Part shown: positions 36,976-50,201 of the stretch, piece by piece | How positions within the stretch are numbered: position 1 is the first letter of the stretch | Layout of the letters: each line of letters begins with the position of its first letter | Assembly: GCA_030141605.1 (NCBI GenBank) | Contig: JAQGDQ010000838.1 | Coordinates: 25,385 to 89,384 of the forward strand | Source: Tubiluchus corallicola | Lineage: Eukaryota > Animalia > Priapulida | DNA length: 64,000 nt | Direction: 5' to 3' | Notes under the pieces: generated by a model | What the model was told of the DNA's origin: nothing | Database searches by the model: none | Seen by the model: only the letters and a program-made list of their open reading frames with translations | Position numbers and translations under genes: made by a program

Positions 36976-39646
36976 CTAAAGAAAACAGACATTATGAACT
37001 TGCTGCAAGTGCAAGAAACACGCAATATATTTGGTGTTAACAAAAAGTGTCAATATTAAAATCAAAATAATTACAAAACAGCAGGTGGTTATTTTCTAGG
37101 TTGCAAAATCCTTTACTCTCTGGATGCTACATATTATCAGACTCACCCATTAAAACTTAAGTGCACATTCGTAACATGTGAAAGGTATTACATATATCAC
37201 ATGCAGGGCACAGTTGTGGGCAAGGAAATAGGGGGGGAGAGCAAGCACCGAATTAAAGCTTACCCACAATTATTAAGCCTGTTAGCTTTTACAATCAAAG
37301 AATCAAACAACACAATCATTAACAAGTCACGAGGAATTATATTATAATAACTATACTAGCAGGTACAATCACAGAATGAAATATCATAATTATTATCAAT
37401 ACTAAAATATCACTATACTAAAACACAGCGGAACAATTAGCCTGGCTAGCTCACAGGTCTAAATGTTCAAGGTAGACCTGTCTTACACAGCTTAAATACA
37501 GAAAATTAGAACACTATTAATGTAAAAAGTCATTCAGAAGCAAATAAGTACAGTGAGATTAGAGGGAAATTTAAGCTATTTCAATGTTACAACAAGCCTA
37601 AAAAAGGAGGAAATGAGATGAAAAAATTATGAAAGAGAGATAGGCAAGAAGACAAACAATGTAATATTCACAAGTGAAGTGAATCAAACGCGAAGTAATT
37701 ATGAGACGAACTTCGCGACAACAGTATTGTAATAACTGTGCACATGAACAGATTGACTCCCAGAATTATTTAAAAAATAAACAGAAATAAAACAAACCCA
37801 GCAAAACTGGTTAAGCAGTCTTCAGAAAAATGCAATCTGGGTGCAAATTTAATAATTTTTTCTACCTGAAATGGGGTCAGGCATCTGCCTGTACGCAAAC
37901 ATTTGCCTGTCTCCATTTTTTCTAAGCGTACCCATAGAGAATCCTACACAACATTAGTTCTGTAAATTTCACAACATTGCATAGCAGATTTTTCTAACCC
38001 ACGTAAGGTTTTTTCTGCTTAATCTGTGCTTAACAGTAAATTCCTTATCCAAGTCATTTTCATGAAACTCCCAAGCGACAGTGTTTTAATTTTTCGGTTG
38101 TCAGTACACATGTGCTGCATGGCGGATAAGTAACTGTACACAACTGCATCATAAGAAGCGAACATAAAAGATCTTTCAACAAAAAAAAAATCAATCTCAT
38201 TGTTGAATTCAGAGCAAAAAATATAGAAATACCAACTGAATATATTATAATCAAATATTTTTGTATTTTGTCTGTCTTCTTTCATTTTTTTGCCCTTTTA
38301 AAAGTAGTTCATTTGGTGCACGGAGAAGCAGAAAGATTTGAATCTAGCATGTGCCGGTGAGAATATCAATAACGTGGTGGCATTTTTGTCCTAACAGGAC
38401 AGTGAAAACTTTGTGCATCAATTGTGTAGATCGATTCAGAAAAAATACAAGGTTTTATTAATATAGAGACACAGTAAACATGGCAAACTTAGTTGACTGG
38501 CCATGGAGACCAGTGTGCAGATGTCTTATCCTTGTCATCTGACAGATTTAGTGGACTTCCATGAGGGACGCATTAAATTTGCGCCCTGCGGATTACACCC
38601 AATTCTGCTCAGCTTAATTACCAATGATGCTAGTCAAGCTCAGTAAATATTTGTCACATTCGGCACAATTCATTTTGCTACATACAGTTCGTCACGCTGC
38701 AAGCCAGTATCCAGCGCAAAATTATGTGAAATTTAATTCGACCAACTTACAATGCAAAAAAGGTATGACAGCATAAACTACAAGTTTGTTGATTAATAAA
38801 ATTTTGACGTCAGACTAAGAAAACAAAAATTTCAAACCTTTTCAGCAAAATTTCAGAAAAGGCAAATCGTTGTGAGTTCAAGCCTGAGTTATAGCTGATG
38901 TGAGAAGTAATCATGAGGTGCTACAGCTAAGAGGCACTTGAATTAATAAAATTAATTTAACACTAACCAGTAAATAAAAAAGGTTTAACACACAGATAAA
39001 AAGACAGCTATTTTTAATCGGTGATGGTGAATGAGTGCCATAGTACTGATCTTTTACAAAGCTTTCAAAAATATGTGACTAGATAACAATAAACCATTGT
39101 CATACACATATAACAATTTATTAACTGGCCAATTAATGGTGCAAACATGGAAAAATAAAAACTCAATTATCCCAGGTAAGTTAATCCTTTAGAAATTTAA
39201 AAACCAATGGAGTCGTCTGTTAAAGAGCTTTCAAATGATACATATCCCGATTTACGTTAATATTCTGGTAATGCTAGAATAAGTTTGACTAAAACAGGGT
39301 GACCTGCATGAGATCACTGGACTAGGCCTACAGACCTATAAGCTTTTAAACTTTTATGATAACCTCGATTCAGTTTGTGCAAATAGTCATTTTGTTTATT
39401 TATACGAGGTCCCCTTTGTTTATCCAACGGAAAGATAAATCTAAACCCGAACCAGGTGAGCCTGAACTAATACTAGTAGTAGTAATAGTAATGCAAGTAA
39501 TAGGGACCTAACTAAGCTAATCAACTTTATTTTGCAATTTTAACATTGGTAAATGTGATTTCAGCAACTCCCACTAATTTAAGTATCTAATTTTAATTAA
39601 ATAACAAAGTTTCCTAAATTCACTTTTACAAATACATTGATTATAC

Positions 39647-39676
39647 CTCTTTTACTTCCGCAGATGTCGAAGCCAT
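39647..39676 (-). CDS. EIF4E: eIF4E exon 1 coding part: MASTSAEVKE
   Basis: gagATGG context. GAG/gtataa donor is in phase 0, joining exon 2. Total spliced CDS is 648 nt (215 aa plus stop). Confidence 0.8.
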
Positions 39677-39687
39677 CTCGATTTATT

Positions 39688-39780
39688 AAAAGATGGCAGC
39701 TTTCTTACCGGCGTGAAAAAATGCGCATGCGTGCTTCTTATTGGCGCACCGTCATTTTCTGTAAACTTTTGTGACGCGTA
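39688..39780 (-). promoter_or_regulatory. Putative eIF4E housekeeping promoter / 5' UTR motifs
   Basis: YY1-like GCCATCTT (39690-39697, minus strand), NRF1-like GCGCATGCG (39723-39731) and CCAAT (39740-39744, minus strand) cluster just upstream of the ATG. Confidence 0.55.
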
Positions 39781-40351
39781 AGCCTCCACTTCCCCACATT
39801 CTCAATGAAGAGGTATAAGTAAGAATATATCACTTAACAATCTATAGCAGGCGGTGTCGCTTTTAAACGCTCTTAAAAAATCAAATTTTCACGGGCAAAG
39901 CATGTACTATACAAATCATTATTAGTAAAATATGGATGACTCTTTCTGTGTCATGCTGTTCACATTGCTCGGTCATAGATTAACTAAGCAATCAAGTTTT
40001 CCTTGCTTTAATAGTTCTTGCTGAGTTACACACATCGCTCGCCATTTTAATATGTGGCTTTACATGGCAACATGAATAACATAATTATTATGAAAGTTGT
40101 GAAAAAGATAAATGGGCTTATACATGGATTAACGTACTCTGGCATTTTGGGGTTGGCAGTTTTGGTGGAGCTGACACCAAGGATTGATAACTTGAAATCA
40201 GATTGAAAATATAAAACTACCCCTGGTAAAGATAATGAGACAATTTCACGCAAACAACTAGTTAGAATCGATCTAGTGTGAGTGATCTAATACAGGAAAT
40301 GCTAAAAAGTGACCAGCTATAAAGAATGAACTTTGGACTGTCATAATCACA

Positions 40352-40415
40352 GTGACCTAGTGGTTATGGCTTCGGCTTTCTAAGCCCAAGGTCCCTGGTT
40401 CAAATTCAGACTGCA
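40352..40415 (+). mobile_element. Degenerate tRNA-derived SINE head
   Basis: A-box-like gtgacctagtggtta and B-box-like ggttcaaatt at tRNA spacing. No full cloverleaf. Confidence 0.4.
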
Positions 40416-41749
40416 TTCTAACTTTTCCCATTTTCTGTGTATTGAATTTGTGATCAAAATTCAATTAATTGTGGGGGCGTTCTATCATTAATAGTTTTAA
40501 CAAAAATAACTGCTGATTTACACACCTAGAATTGGGCAAAAATTGTGACACAATTACACTGTAAAAACTGTTGTTTGACATCTGTCGCCTGTAACATTTA
40601 AACACCTATAGCAATTAAAAGATATATTGCAGTGTCAAATGAATATACTTGCACCATACTATATATGTATAGTTAGTCGGAAAAGAATTTTCTAGTAAAG
40701 AGTTTCACAGATAAGAAACCCAAGGAAATATTAGATTTAAAAGCAGTTCTTCTGTATTTAGAAGTGGCAGGGAAGCAAAATATGAGAAACAGATGCAAAA
40801 TAAGTACTCTAAGACGTCGTGCTTCGTGAACGTGGTTTTAGCTGCTTAGGTTTGATTTAAAAAATTTTAATTTGACTTTTTCTGATGATTAATACAACAG
40901 AAAAGTATAAAAACGACTACTAGAGCTTAGAAAATTAGCTCAAACTGAAAGGAAGATGAGGGAAATATAGAAATAAATTCACTTTCGCTGACACCATTAC
41001 TGGGGCAGCAACCAACTGCAGTAGTTGCATGTGCACCAACCACGCATGCGTATGTAGTACAACTACCTGAAATTTTCACGTGTCGATTGGTCAGCGTCTT
41101 AAGACGTTCCACTTGAATTTAGGACGTTGTCTTATCAAGCAGCATGCAACCTGGCAGGCATATTTAATACCCAGTACATTTCAAGCTACCAGATAATCAG
41201 GCTTGGTAAGCAGAACAACTGCAGGAGGTCAAGGCATAGGAAACTGGCAAACTATGTGAAGCAGTACTGCAGTCCCAGTTCATACGTCATCAAAACCACG
41301 TGCTGTGGTTTCTAAGATGCACTTTCACAATGGGACAAAGAGAGGTGTGGCAAAAGTTGCCAAGGAAAGTAGATGACACTGCCATTATTTGTTAAAGGAA
41401 AAAAACCAAGCTTTCCGAGATGTTAGCCATATTTCAATGTTTGAGAAAATGTTAGAAAAATCTACTAATGAAACTGTGATAAGCTCTTCGTGTAATTAGT
41501 AAAATGGGTGGTTCTGTGGCTAGATATTGAGTTGATTTGGTGAAGTTAATTTATTGACATTGTTCGTTTACCCACCTGATTGTTTGTTAGTTAATTGTTG
41601 TTTGTTTGGCTGGTTAGCTAATTTATTAGTTGGTGGGATGGTCAGCAGGTTGACTAATTGGTAACTGACGAACTTGTTCGCCTATTCATTTATTTAATTA
41701 TTCACACATCCTTTCTTTCTTCCTTCATTCTTTTAGTCATTCATTCATT

Positions 41750-41879
41750 CAGTCTGTCAGGCAGTCAGGCAGTTGGTCAGTCAGTCAGTCAGTCAGTCAG
41801 TCAGTCAGTCAGTCAGTCAGTCAGTCAGTCAGTCAGTCAGTCAGTCAGTCAGTCAGTCAGTCAGTCAGTCAGTCAGTCA

Positions 41880-41910
<31 letters not shown>

Positions 41911-42022
41911 AGCCAGTCAGTCTGTCAGGCAGTCAGTCAGTTGGTCAGTCCATCAGGCAGACAGTCTATCAGGCAGTCAGCCAGTTGGCCAGTCAGTCAG
42001 TCGACGCTGGTCAGACAGTCAG
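41750..42022. repeat. (CAGT)n/(CTGT)n microsatellite
   Basis: Directly visible. Confidence 0.95.
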
Positions 42023-43040
42023 TAATGAATTGGTTGCACAGTGAGTTAGTATTTTTTGACAATTAGTGAATAGTGCGATGTAAAAATAATAATCTGGTTG
42101 TTTATTGAACTACCCTGTATATAATGAGCGAAATAGTTCCTGACAAAGTCTCTCAGTCACTAGTTTCACATGTAAGCCTACAAGCCGTTAAATCCTCCAA
42201 CAACTACTTTTCATGAAACAATTTCACGCAGAAAAAGTGTTATGGCGATTTTTACTGACTCCGAAGGTGGCGGATTTATATCAAGTTTTCGACATTGTTC
42301 CGAGAAATGAAGGATACCTGAAGTTCGAAGATTATCTTAGAGCTCAGCCAAATAAGTAAGATCTAATGGAGACACCAACGTGCAAAAATGCGCCACGAAG
42401 ATACACAGGTACGCCCACTTTACGCCTGCGTAGAGAAACCCCATAATGGAGCCACCAGCTATCGGATAAGGCTAAACGGATGCTCTTGCGTCTCGCAAAT
42501 CCGTATTTACGTAACTTTACTCCAGTATTGCCTCCAGACCTGCATGTACTTTAGAATAATTAAGCGCTGAACAAGCGAATCTCTTGTACTGGGTAATTAG
42601 CCTACAGCTAAGGCGCAAAACAGGTTTTTCATAGCGCCTCATGTCTGCAGCCAGTAATCAGTGGAAGAAGTTTACATCTTAGTGTGTGGCTTCTGTTTAT
42701 TTAAATTCTACCAAACGAGTGTTGCCTCTGTTGGGGTGTAATAACTGTTGCACCTTTTCCGTAATGTTACAGTTTCGTGCACTAGGTCTACTTCGACGCA
42801 ACAATCATAACGGCAGCAACATCAGTAATGAGGATGACAACGACGAGGACGACAACAACGACAAGACTTTAGTCAGATTTTAGATGTACTCAAATATTTA
42901 AATTCCCTTATGCAATGGGCGAGGAATTTCTTTGCACCATTTGTAAAAACTGTCTGGTGTAAAGTGCAAAATAGAATGATGTTTAAATGAAAATATTAAA
43001 ACAATAACTATAATCGGAAGCTGTAGTTTGTTATTTACAC

Positions 43041-43335
43041 ATTCATTCATTCATTCATTCATTCATTCATTCATTCATTCATTCATTCATTCATTCATTC
43101 ATTCATTCATTCATTCATTCATTCATTCATTCATTCATTCATTCATTCATTCACTCACTCACTCACTCACTCACTCTCTCACTCACTCACTCACTCACTC
43201 ACTCACTCATTCATTCATTTATTCATTCATTCATTTACTCACTCACTCACTCATTCATTCATTCATTTATTCACTCACTCACTCATTCATTCATTTATTT
43301 ACTTATTCGTTCATTTATTTATTCACTCATTCATT
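43041..43335. repeat. (CATT)n/(CACT)n microsatellite
   Basis: Directly visible. Confidence 0.95.
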
Positions 43336-43607
43336 TACCAATCATGCATTCATGCACCCCATCCATCCATATTGGCTTGTTTCACTTAAAATAATTTTAT
43401 GTTTTTCGCTACGTGCAGAGCACCTAAGTCTTAATTTAATCTCTACTAAACTGTACTTGCGTGGTCAAGATAAAATGCGTTTCAGATGATGTCAGGTTGG
43501 CAGTTTAGTCAGGTTGCTGACGACGAGTTTATAACAGACATTGTTGTTCAACATGAGAATGTTCACTTACTCTATTGATTTATTGTGGTGGAAAATTACT
43601 GCTTCTC

Positions 43608-44181
43608 GCCGGATTATCCTATAGGCTACTATAGGCTGCAGCCTAGGGCTCATCAAGCATTGCAAGCAGAGCTGGATTATCCTATAGGTTACTATAGGCT
43701 GCAGCCCAGGGCCCATCAAGCTTTGCAAGCACAGCTGGATTATCCTATAGGTTACTATAGGCTGCAACCCAGGGCCCATCAAGCTTTGCAAGCACAGCTG
43801 GATTATCCTATAGGTTACTATAAGCTATAGCCTAGGGCCCATCAAGCTTGAGGGAAGCCTCATGCTTTGGTAACGTATGGTAAGAAAAATCTATTTTTTT
43901 ACTACGTATGTATTGAAATGTGTATTAAATTGAGTTGCAATAAATGGCAAAATAGCGGCATTTCTTAACGTATATTTTTAGTGATGAACAAAAGATATCT
44001 ATTCTAGTCTATTTAAAGAATTTGCAACAAGTTTGCTTCAAGCTATGTAAATGCTTCTAAAATATATCACGAGTAAAAAATATTCAAGATGCCGGCCAGC
44101 TAGAGGGTGACTCCGTCTAAGGTTGCTCATTAATATCATAATAATAACCCAGGGCCCCCAAATTGTCATAATCCGGCCCTG
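43608..44181. mobile_element. hAT-like MITE whose left end is tandemly amplified (63-bp unit x4)
   Basis: Right TIR taatccggccctg at 44169-44181. Each 63-bp unit at 43608-43850 begins with a TIR-like gc(c/t)ggattat, followed by cctatagg.tactataggctgca.cc.agggc. Confidence 0.65.
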
Positions 44182-44746
44182 TGTTTGTGCCATATCTTTT
44201 CACTTGCAGCTCTGTTTCAACACTGAGAGCTGAAATGTGACGTTTTCGCCTGAAACTAGAACTTTACAACAGGTTGTAACTACAATGAGAATGTCACTTT
44301 CGCTGCAACACGCTTCCGTAAGGTTTCAGCAGTGCTTTGTGAACTACATAACGTCATTAATGACTGTAATCGGAACCGGATCATGACTTTTTGGGGTTCC
44401 TGGGCTAATGAAATTATGAGACCCCACAGACGGAGCCACCCTCTAATTTGCTCGCACTCGACTCGAATATATTTTACTTGTGATACGTTTTAATAACATG
44501 CGTACAGCAGAGAGCCCCATATTTCAAACGAAGGACCTCAAATAAGGGCCCTTTGTGTCAAATAAAAGGCCTCAATCAGGGATCGTTTATTTCAAATGAG
44601 TGGACATTTTAAAATTGGAGTTTCAGACTTCCTGGACTCTTTTTTTAATAATCATTTTAGTTTAAGTTATATGAATTGTTCAGCAATGCAAAGTATGAGC
44701 CCCCAAGCTTGCCGGCCTATGCTACAGTCTATACTAGCCTATACTT

Positions 44747-44876
44747 CAGTCAGTCAGTCAGTCAGTCAGTCAGTCAGTCAGTCAGTCAGTCAGTCAGTCA
44801 GTCAGTCAGTCAGTCAGTCAGTCAGTCAGTCAGTCAGTCAGTCAGTCAGTCAGGCAGGCAGGCAGTCAGTCAGTCA
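44747..44876. repeat. (CAGT)n microsatellite
   Basis: Directly visible. Confidence 0.95.
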
Positions 44877-45361
44877 CCCTGAATATAACACAATAATTTT
44901 TCACAGAATTTGGAAAAGTGTCACCCAATATCAGCTTCACTCAGTTTATTATAAACTGAGCCATTTTCTTGCCTAGGCAGACTCGCTCAGGACCAGAAGG
45001 TCGTAGACGTTACCAAAATTTGTTCTGTAAACTTGGTACGTGCACCTTGTTGACTGTGAAATTTCAAGCCGGCCTGTAAAATTTCACAGACTCACGGAAA
45101 TAGTTGATCATAAACGAGCTAGCAACTACCAGTTAGTAAATACTGGCAAAGCGAAACGTGATGACTACCTACCTGACTGCTGCCATGATTATTTCCAGAA
45201 ACAAAATGGGAGCTCGCCTTGGCATGACCAAGCGCAAAAATTTAACAATATACTTTCGACTTCGTTGACTTTTTGAAGTTAAGAACAAGACGTTTAACAA
45301 GCCTCGCCCAGACCGATCCTTAGGCAAAGTTTCTAGTTTAATTGATGGGTTTCCATCGTTA

Positions 45362-45585
45362 GACTACGGCCAAATCACCTTGAAAACACCGGTTCTCGTC
45401 TGATCACCGAAGTTAAGCAACGTAGAACCTGGTTAGTACCTGGATGGGTGACTGCCTAGGAATACCAGGTGCTGTAGGCTTGCGGGATGCCCACGCTGTA
45501 TCTCGACACTAGGAGGAGGTCAAGTGACCCAACGGCGATGTGTAGAAGAGTAAACCGTCCAAGTCAGGAGCCGCGAAGCCCCTAA
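45362..45585 (+). mobile_element. 5S rRNA-derived SINE, 3'-truncated copy (5S head 45362-45481)
   Basis: gactacggccaaatcaccttgaaaacaccggttctcgtctgatcaccgaagttaagc...gctgtaggctt is followed by the same gcgggatgccca... body as at 11744, then cut by a family B element. Confidence 0.85.
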
Positions 45586-46240
45586 ACGACAAGAAAAGGG
45601 ACACCTGAAGTAGGTTTCAGAAAAATCGCATTAAAAATTATATTACTTTACAGCAATTTCAATCACATATCGTATTCGCATTGAAAGGAATTTTCGTTTG
45701 TTTTCATTTTAAATCTACCGCAATACTATTCCGACGCCGCCATTACATGGCGTCACTTCGCCACGTAAATCAGCGGAAGAAAACGCAATGTTAAATTATG
45801 ACCCAAAAAACTTTCCGTGCAAATCTATATTACTCAGCATTTCACTTACCCGCTGGAAAGACTTATGTAACTAAAAATTATAATTTAAAATATTTGTGTC
45901 AATTGGTAAAGTATCGTTGACTCACCTTCCAGGGTGCGCCACTCACTGACCAAAAACGTATTTTTAATCTTATTGACAAGATACAGTAATTTTAAATTTT
46001 ACTTAATTGGCAATATGTATGCTACGAGTGCTCTGATTATTTTTTCAAACCTTACTTAATGTTATCAAAAGTTATTTCAAACGACCTACCATTAAAATAG
46101 CTGCGCCTAACGGTCATCGCGGGAGTTTAAATTTGCACGTTTTATACAGCGTTACGACCCACGCAAGCCATGCATACGAAAAAGTAGTATGTAAGTGGTA
46201 TAAAATTTTGAGACGAATTTTTTAAGCTTTTTGTCAGTGT
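45586..46240 (+). mobile_element. Non-autonomous DNA transposon family B (TTAA-type), copy 1
   Basis: Collinear with 56162-56823 (acctgaagtaggttt...cagggtgcgccactcact...gcgggagtttaaattt). Confidence 0.75.
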
Positions 46241-47766
46241 TAATAAATTAATTAACTATTTTAACTTACGTCGTGAACAATAAGCGATTTATTTTGTGGT
46301 GAACAAAGCTGTCATTCTAGATAGGGAAATCAATTTAAAAGTTTTTTTTATTAAAAAATGGAAACGGGGCTAGGAAAATGCGCAGCCCTGTTTTAATAAA
46401 ACTTCTTACTAGAGTTTTTTTGTTGTTTCTGGACAATTATAAATTTGCATCAATATTTGGAGAAATATCTTTTTTTCCTAAGCATGTTGGTGTAAAACAC
46501 TTCGCAAAAACTTCACAAATGTGAACATGGCACTAAAGTTTTATTCGAACCGCCTAAATTCGCATGAAGACGGCAATAGTTTGAGCATTCTTCATGGCTA
46601 GTTATAACTTGCCGCGCGATGAATCTACCATCAACTTTATGATGTGTGAGAATCAAGCATGAAGCTTTTGCTGCTCAGTGTTGCTTTCAACTAGTCTTCA
46701 GTTGATGCAAGTGTCGCGTGTTAAAGTGGCTGTGAATTATGGTTGTCTTGTTGTTCCAATTTTTGCGATTTTGTATTGGACGAAAAATTTGTGCAAATCC
46801 TTGTTGATGATTATGCTTTAAAATAAAATTTTGTTTACAACGACAGAGATCACAGTTTCATTTTGGAAATGGTTTAATCGACATAAGCGCATGTTTAACA
46901 AACTTCGCGAAGTTCGAGACATTTTTGTGCTATTGCTTATGCGTGAATGAACTTGTTCTTGTGCCGTTTCCACCGACTAAACTCTTAATTCTAGTCTTCT
47001 GGCGATAAAGAATTAAGCTAGGAGATATCTGTCACTATTTTTGTGCTTATATTTTTTAATGATGGACATTAAAAATGTGAGGGCACACATCACATGTTTC
47101 TAAAGTTAAACAGTAATAATCTTAAATAATCAGTTTAAATAAGCTATACCGTAGGATGTGTTATAAAGGAAGGAATATGTAACGAAAGCGTCGGGCGTCT
47201 GGTGTTATAAATATTTGAAGTAAAAGTTATTGTCGAGTGTAAATTTACAAAGAAGCGCGAATAGAAATTATACCTGTTCGTTCTCGTAGTCTTCTCAATT
47301 GTGTTTTACGAAATTTTGACACCTGTACAATACCTGCTACTCAAACTGCGTCAAATTGAACGGCAGCTAAGCAGCAAGACGACAAAACGAGAAACGTCTA
47401 AATGTTGCCATTGGTGGTAAATCGTAATCCGTCGAGGTGCGAAATTTGGATGATCGTGTCAATCAAGCTTAAGAGGCAGCATTGTTAAAGAAAGTGACGC
47501 AAGCCACTGTGGCGAATTTAATTTTTCTTCGAGAAAAGATGTTTGCAGACAAAAACGGCAGAAGCTACTGCACATTTTTGTCGTATAAAAAATCGCCAGA
47601 ACGCGTTTATTTAGTTTCGTTTAATGTGCACACAAAGAACAAAAAAAATTAGTAAATTTTTGCACATTATTTGGTTTAAAATCTGTCGTTAAACCGAAAT
47701 GGTGAAAGAGAAAAATCTACAAGCAAGAGTCGTCACTTTTACAGAAGAGCCTCTCTCTAATCGACA

Positions 47767-47905
47767 ATGAAATTTTGGTTTGAAATAACAGTGTACTTGA
47801 CTGTGATAATGACAGTGATATCCGGGATGCGAATGTCAGCTAAGCGTTTTCGTGGCAAAACTTTTTGGCCACCCTCTAGTGATCAGCCGTCGAGAACAAA
47901 AAGAA
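47767..47905 (+). CDS. RSPO: R-spondin exon 1: signal peptide and basic pro-segment ending RTKR
   Basis: MKFWFEITVYLTVIMTVISG hydrophobic signal, then RTKR and an A/gtaagt donor in phase 1, matching the phase-1 acceptor of the FU1 exon. Its link to the other exons is inferred from phase and content. Confidence 0.8.
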
Positions 47906-48362
47906 GTAAGTATGCACGAATGTTTTTTGTAGCTAAACGTAATGTGTAAAACGAAAATAGTAGTAAAAGTAAATTAAAAGTATGTACATGACGTCAGGCA
48001 ATGACAGACCTATTATGCTTATAAGTTGTCACTAGCAGACAGACATATTTTTAATAGTTTAGTCATTATAGCATTTCTTAGTTTACGTATTTTTAAAATT
48101 TATTCGAATTCTTTTTGCCAAAAATAAAAAAAATCAACAGAAATGAACATGAATCGTACCTCTTTCCATAATTTTTTATCTACGAATAACGACAAAACTC
48201 AGTGCTAAACATACGTGTTATTCATTCAAAATTAAATGTGTTTATTCTGTTTGGCATCTTTTGCACAATCATTTCCTGGCACGTATTTTGCGTAACAGAA
48301 TCTTGCAAAATTTTGCAATACTTATAGGGAAGTAAATAACCCAATTTACGAATTATTAAGGT

Positions 48363-48489
<127 letters not shown>

Positions 48490-49481
48490 TAAATTGAGTA
48501 GATCTTCGTTTTGAGTTTCGCTTTGGATTTGGGGGATTACATTACTGTTGACGTGTTCATAATCCAACTAAAGTCGCAATTGCTTAAACTATTCAAGGGT
48601 AAAATCGTCACAAGAGATTGTCAAAGAAAAAAGCTTTTACCGGAAATAAGCAAGTAGCAAAATTAATCAGTTTCTTGGGTGGGCGGTGGTGAGACAAGTT
48701 TCTGATGAAACGGTTTGTCAACGTGTGGTCCATAGCTTTACTACCGTCTGCTGAAGTGGTACGGAACGGATATACGAAAAGTTGGTTGTTGCAGTCGTGC
48801 ATCCAGGAAGGATGAATCAGCTTTTTCATAGTTTCATTGTGCGCACGCGCAGTTGCTTTAGGTCAAAGGTTAAGTGTACCACAGCAACGCGTCTTAACTA
48901 CAATCGTCACGTGACGTGTGGGTAAAGCAAAGCCGGCTGCCGCTTCAGTTGTTTTATGTGGACTTTACTTAATTATGCATTAGTCTGTGCATAAAGTGAT
49001 TTACTAGCAGGTTTTTTGAACTAGGTAAGGTTCTAGTTAGCTGTTAAAACTGTTACTATTACAACAGCATGGGTACAGTTGTCAAGGGTACACAAATGAA
49101 TTGTCTGGTACAGTTAACCTTTGACCTTTCCACGATCAGTATCAATTGTTGGAACTGTGAGAAAGTTTACTGGCAAGTCGTAATACCATTTTAACTGTGA
49201 AAAAAATGTTTTCAATATAATGTTTTTGATGGCTGGCTATAAATCAAGGATAGATTTTTTGATGCAGAATTGTGATAAGCCAGAATTAGCCATCAGGATA
49301 ATCGCTGATTGCGCATAAATTATCTTAACAGTTAACTCTGGCTAACCACAGTTCAATACCTAAAAATTTGTCATTGCATTAAAGCCCAGGTTATTTGATT
49401 TATACTGATTAGTTAGTTTCACCCTACTGCGGATAGGTGGCTCTGATTGATTGCGTGCTACTAGTACGAGAATTTAGAGCT

Positions 49482-49550
49482 GATAGCTGAAGTGGTAGAG
49501 TATATGAGCTTATATTACAAGGTTTTGAGTTCGAATCCTGGTTGACGCAC
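49482..49550 (+). mobile_element. Degenerate tRNA-derived SINE head
   Basis: A-box tagctgaagtggtagag and B-box gagttcgaatcc. Stems do not form a proper tRNA. Confidence 0.45.
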
Positions 49551-50201
49551 AACTTTTCAGCGCCTTCCTGCTTCAATTAATTAATCGTTAGGTTAACTGT
49601 TGATTATACACAACCCTCTACGTTTGTTAGTTCTGATTTATCTTAGTTCAGTATCTAATTTTTTTAAACGTTAGAACGATTGTTGTAGTATACTCTCGAG
49701 TAAGGCTTGGGCTGTAACATAAATTATTATATTTAGGGTTAAACACCTAAATTACATTAAATCCACCCGCTTTTCGAGTTTCATCTTTTGTGCGCCATTA
49801 TAATGTTCGATTTTTTATTGTCGTAAATTAAATCTCAAACTGACTTAGAATGTGACTTAGAAGACTGTGTATTTAATCGCATAGTTAACAGCTCTTGTTA
49901 AAAAATCAAAGGTGAGTTACCCCTAATACGTTTTTACATTCCTTTGCTAAAAATAGATTTTGCCTCGTGTCGTACATTAATACATTTTTGTTTGATTTGT
50001 TGTACTACTGACATAAAACATAATATTACACTGATTTCTATTGATTTTATCTAGATAAAATTGTGTGAGGACTTATTAACGCTGTTTTGTGTAATATTGT
50101 TGTGATAACTATTTTTAATACTTGTATGAATTAATTGTTATATGTTCTGTACGCTCGAGCCACAAGGAATGTGCAAGTCACTTAGCTTGTTTGACAGCAA
50201 A

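Noticed and set aside
45362-45481. Functional 5S rRNA gene (also 11745-11864)
   Set aside because: No oligo-T terminator, the two copies differ at several positions, and both continue into an identical SINE body.
39647-47905. Apparent conserved synteny with the vertebrate EIF3E-RSPO2 pair
   Set aside because: The neighbour here is eIF4E, an unrelated cap-binding protein, so the similarity is in name only.
49482-49550. Genuine tRNA genes (also 40352-40415 and about 21270-21305)
   Set aside because: A/B boxes only. Acceptor and anticodon stems do not pair, so they are treated as SINE-head remnants.
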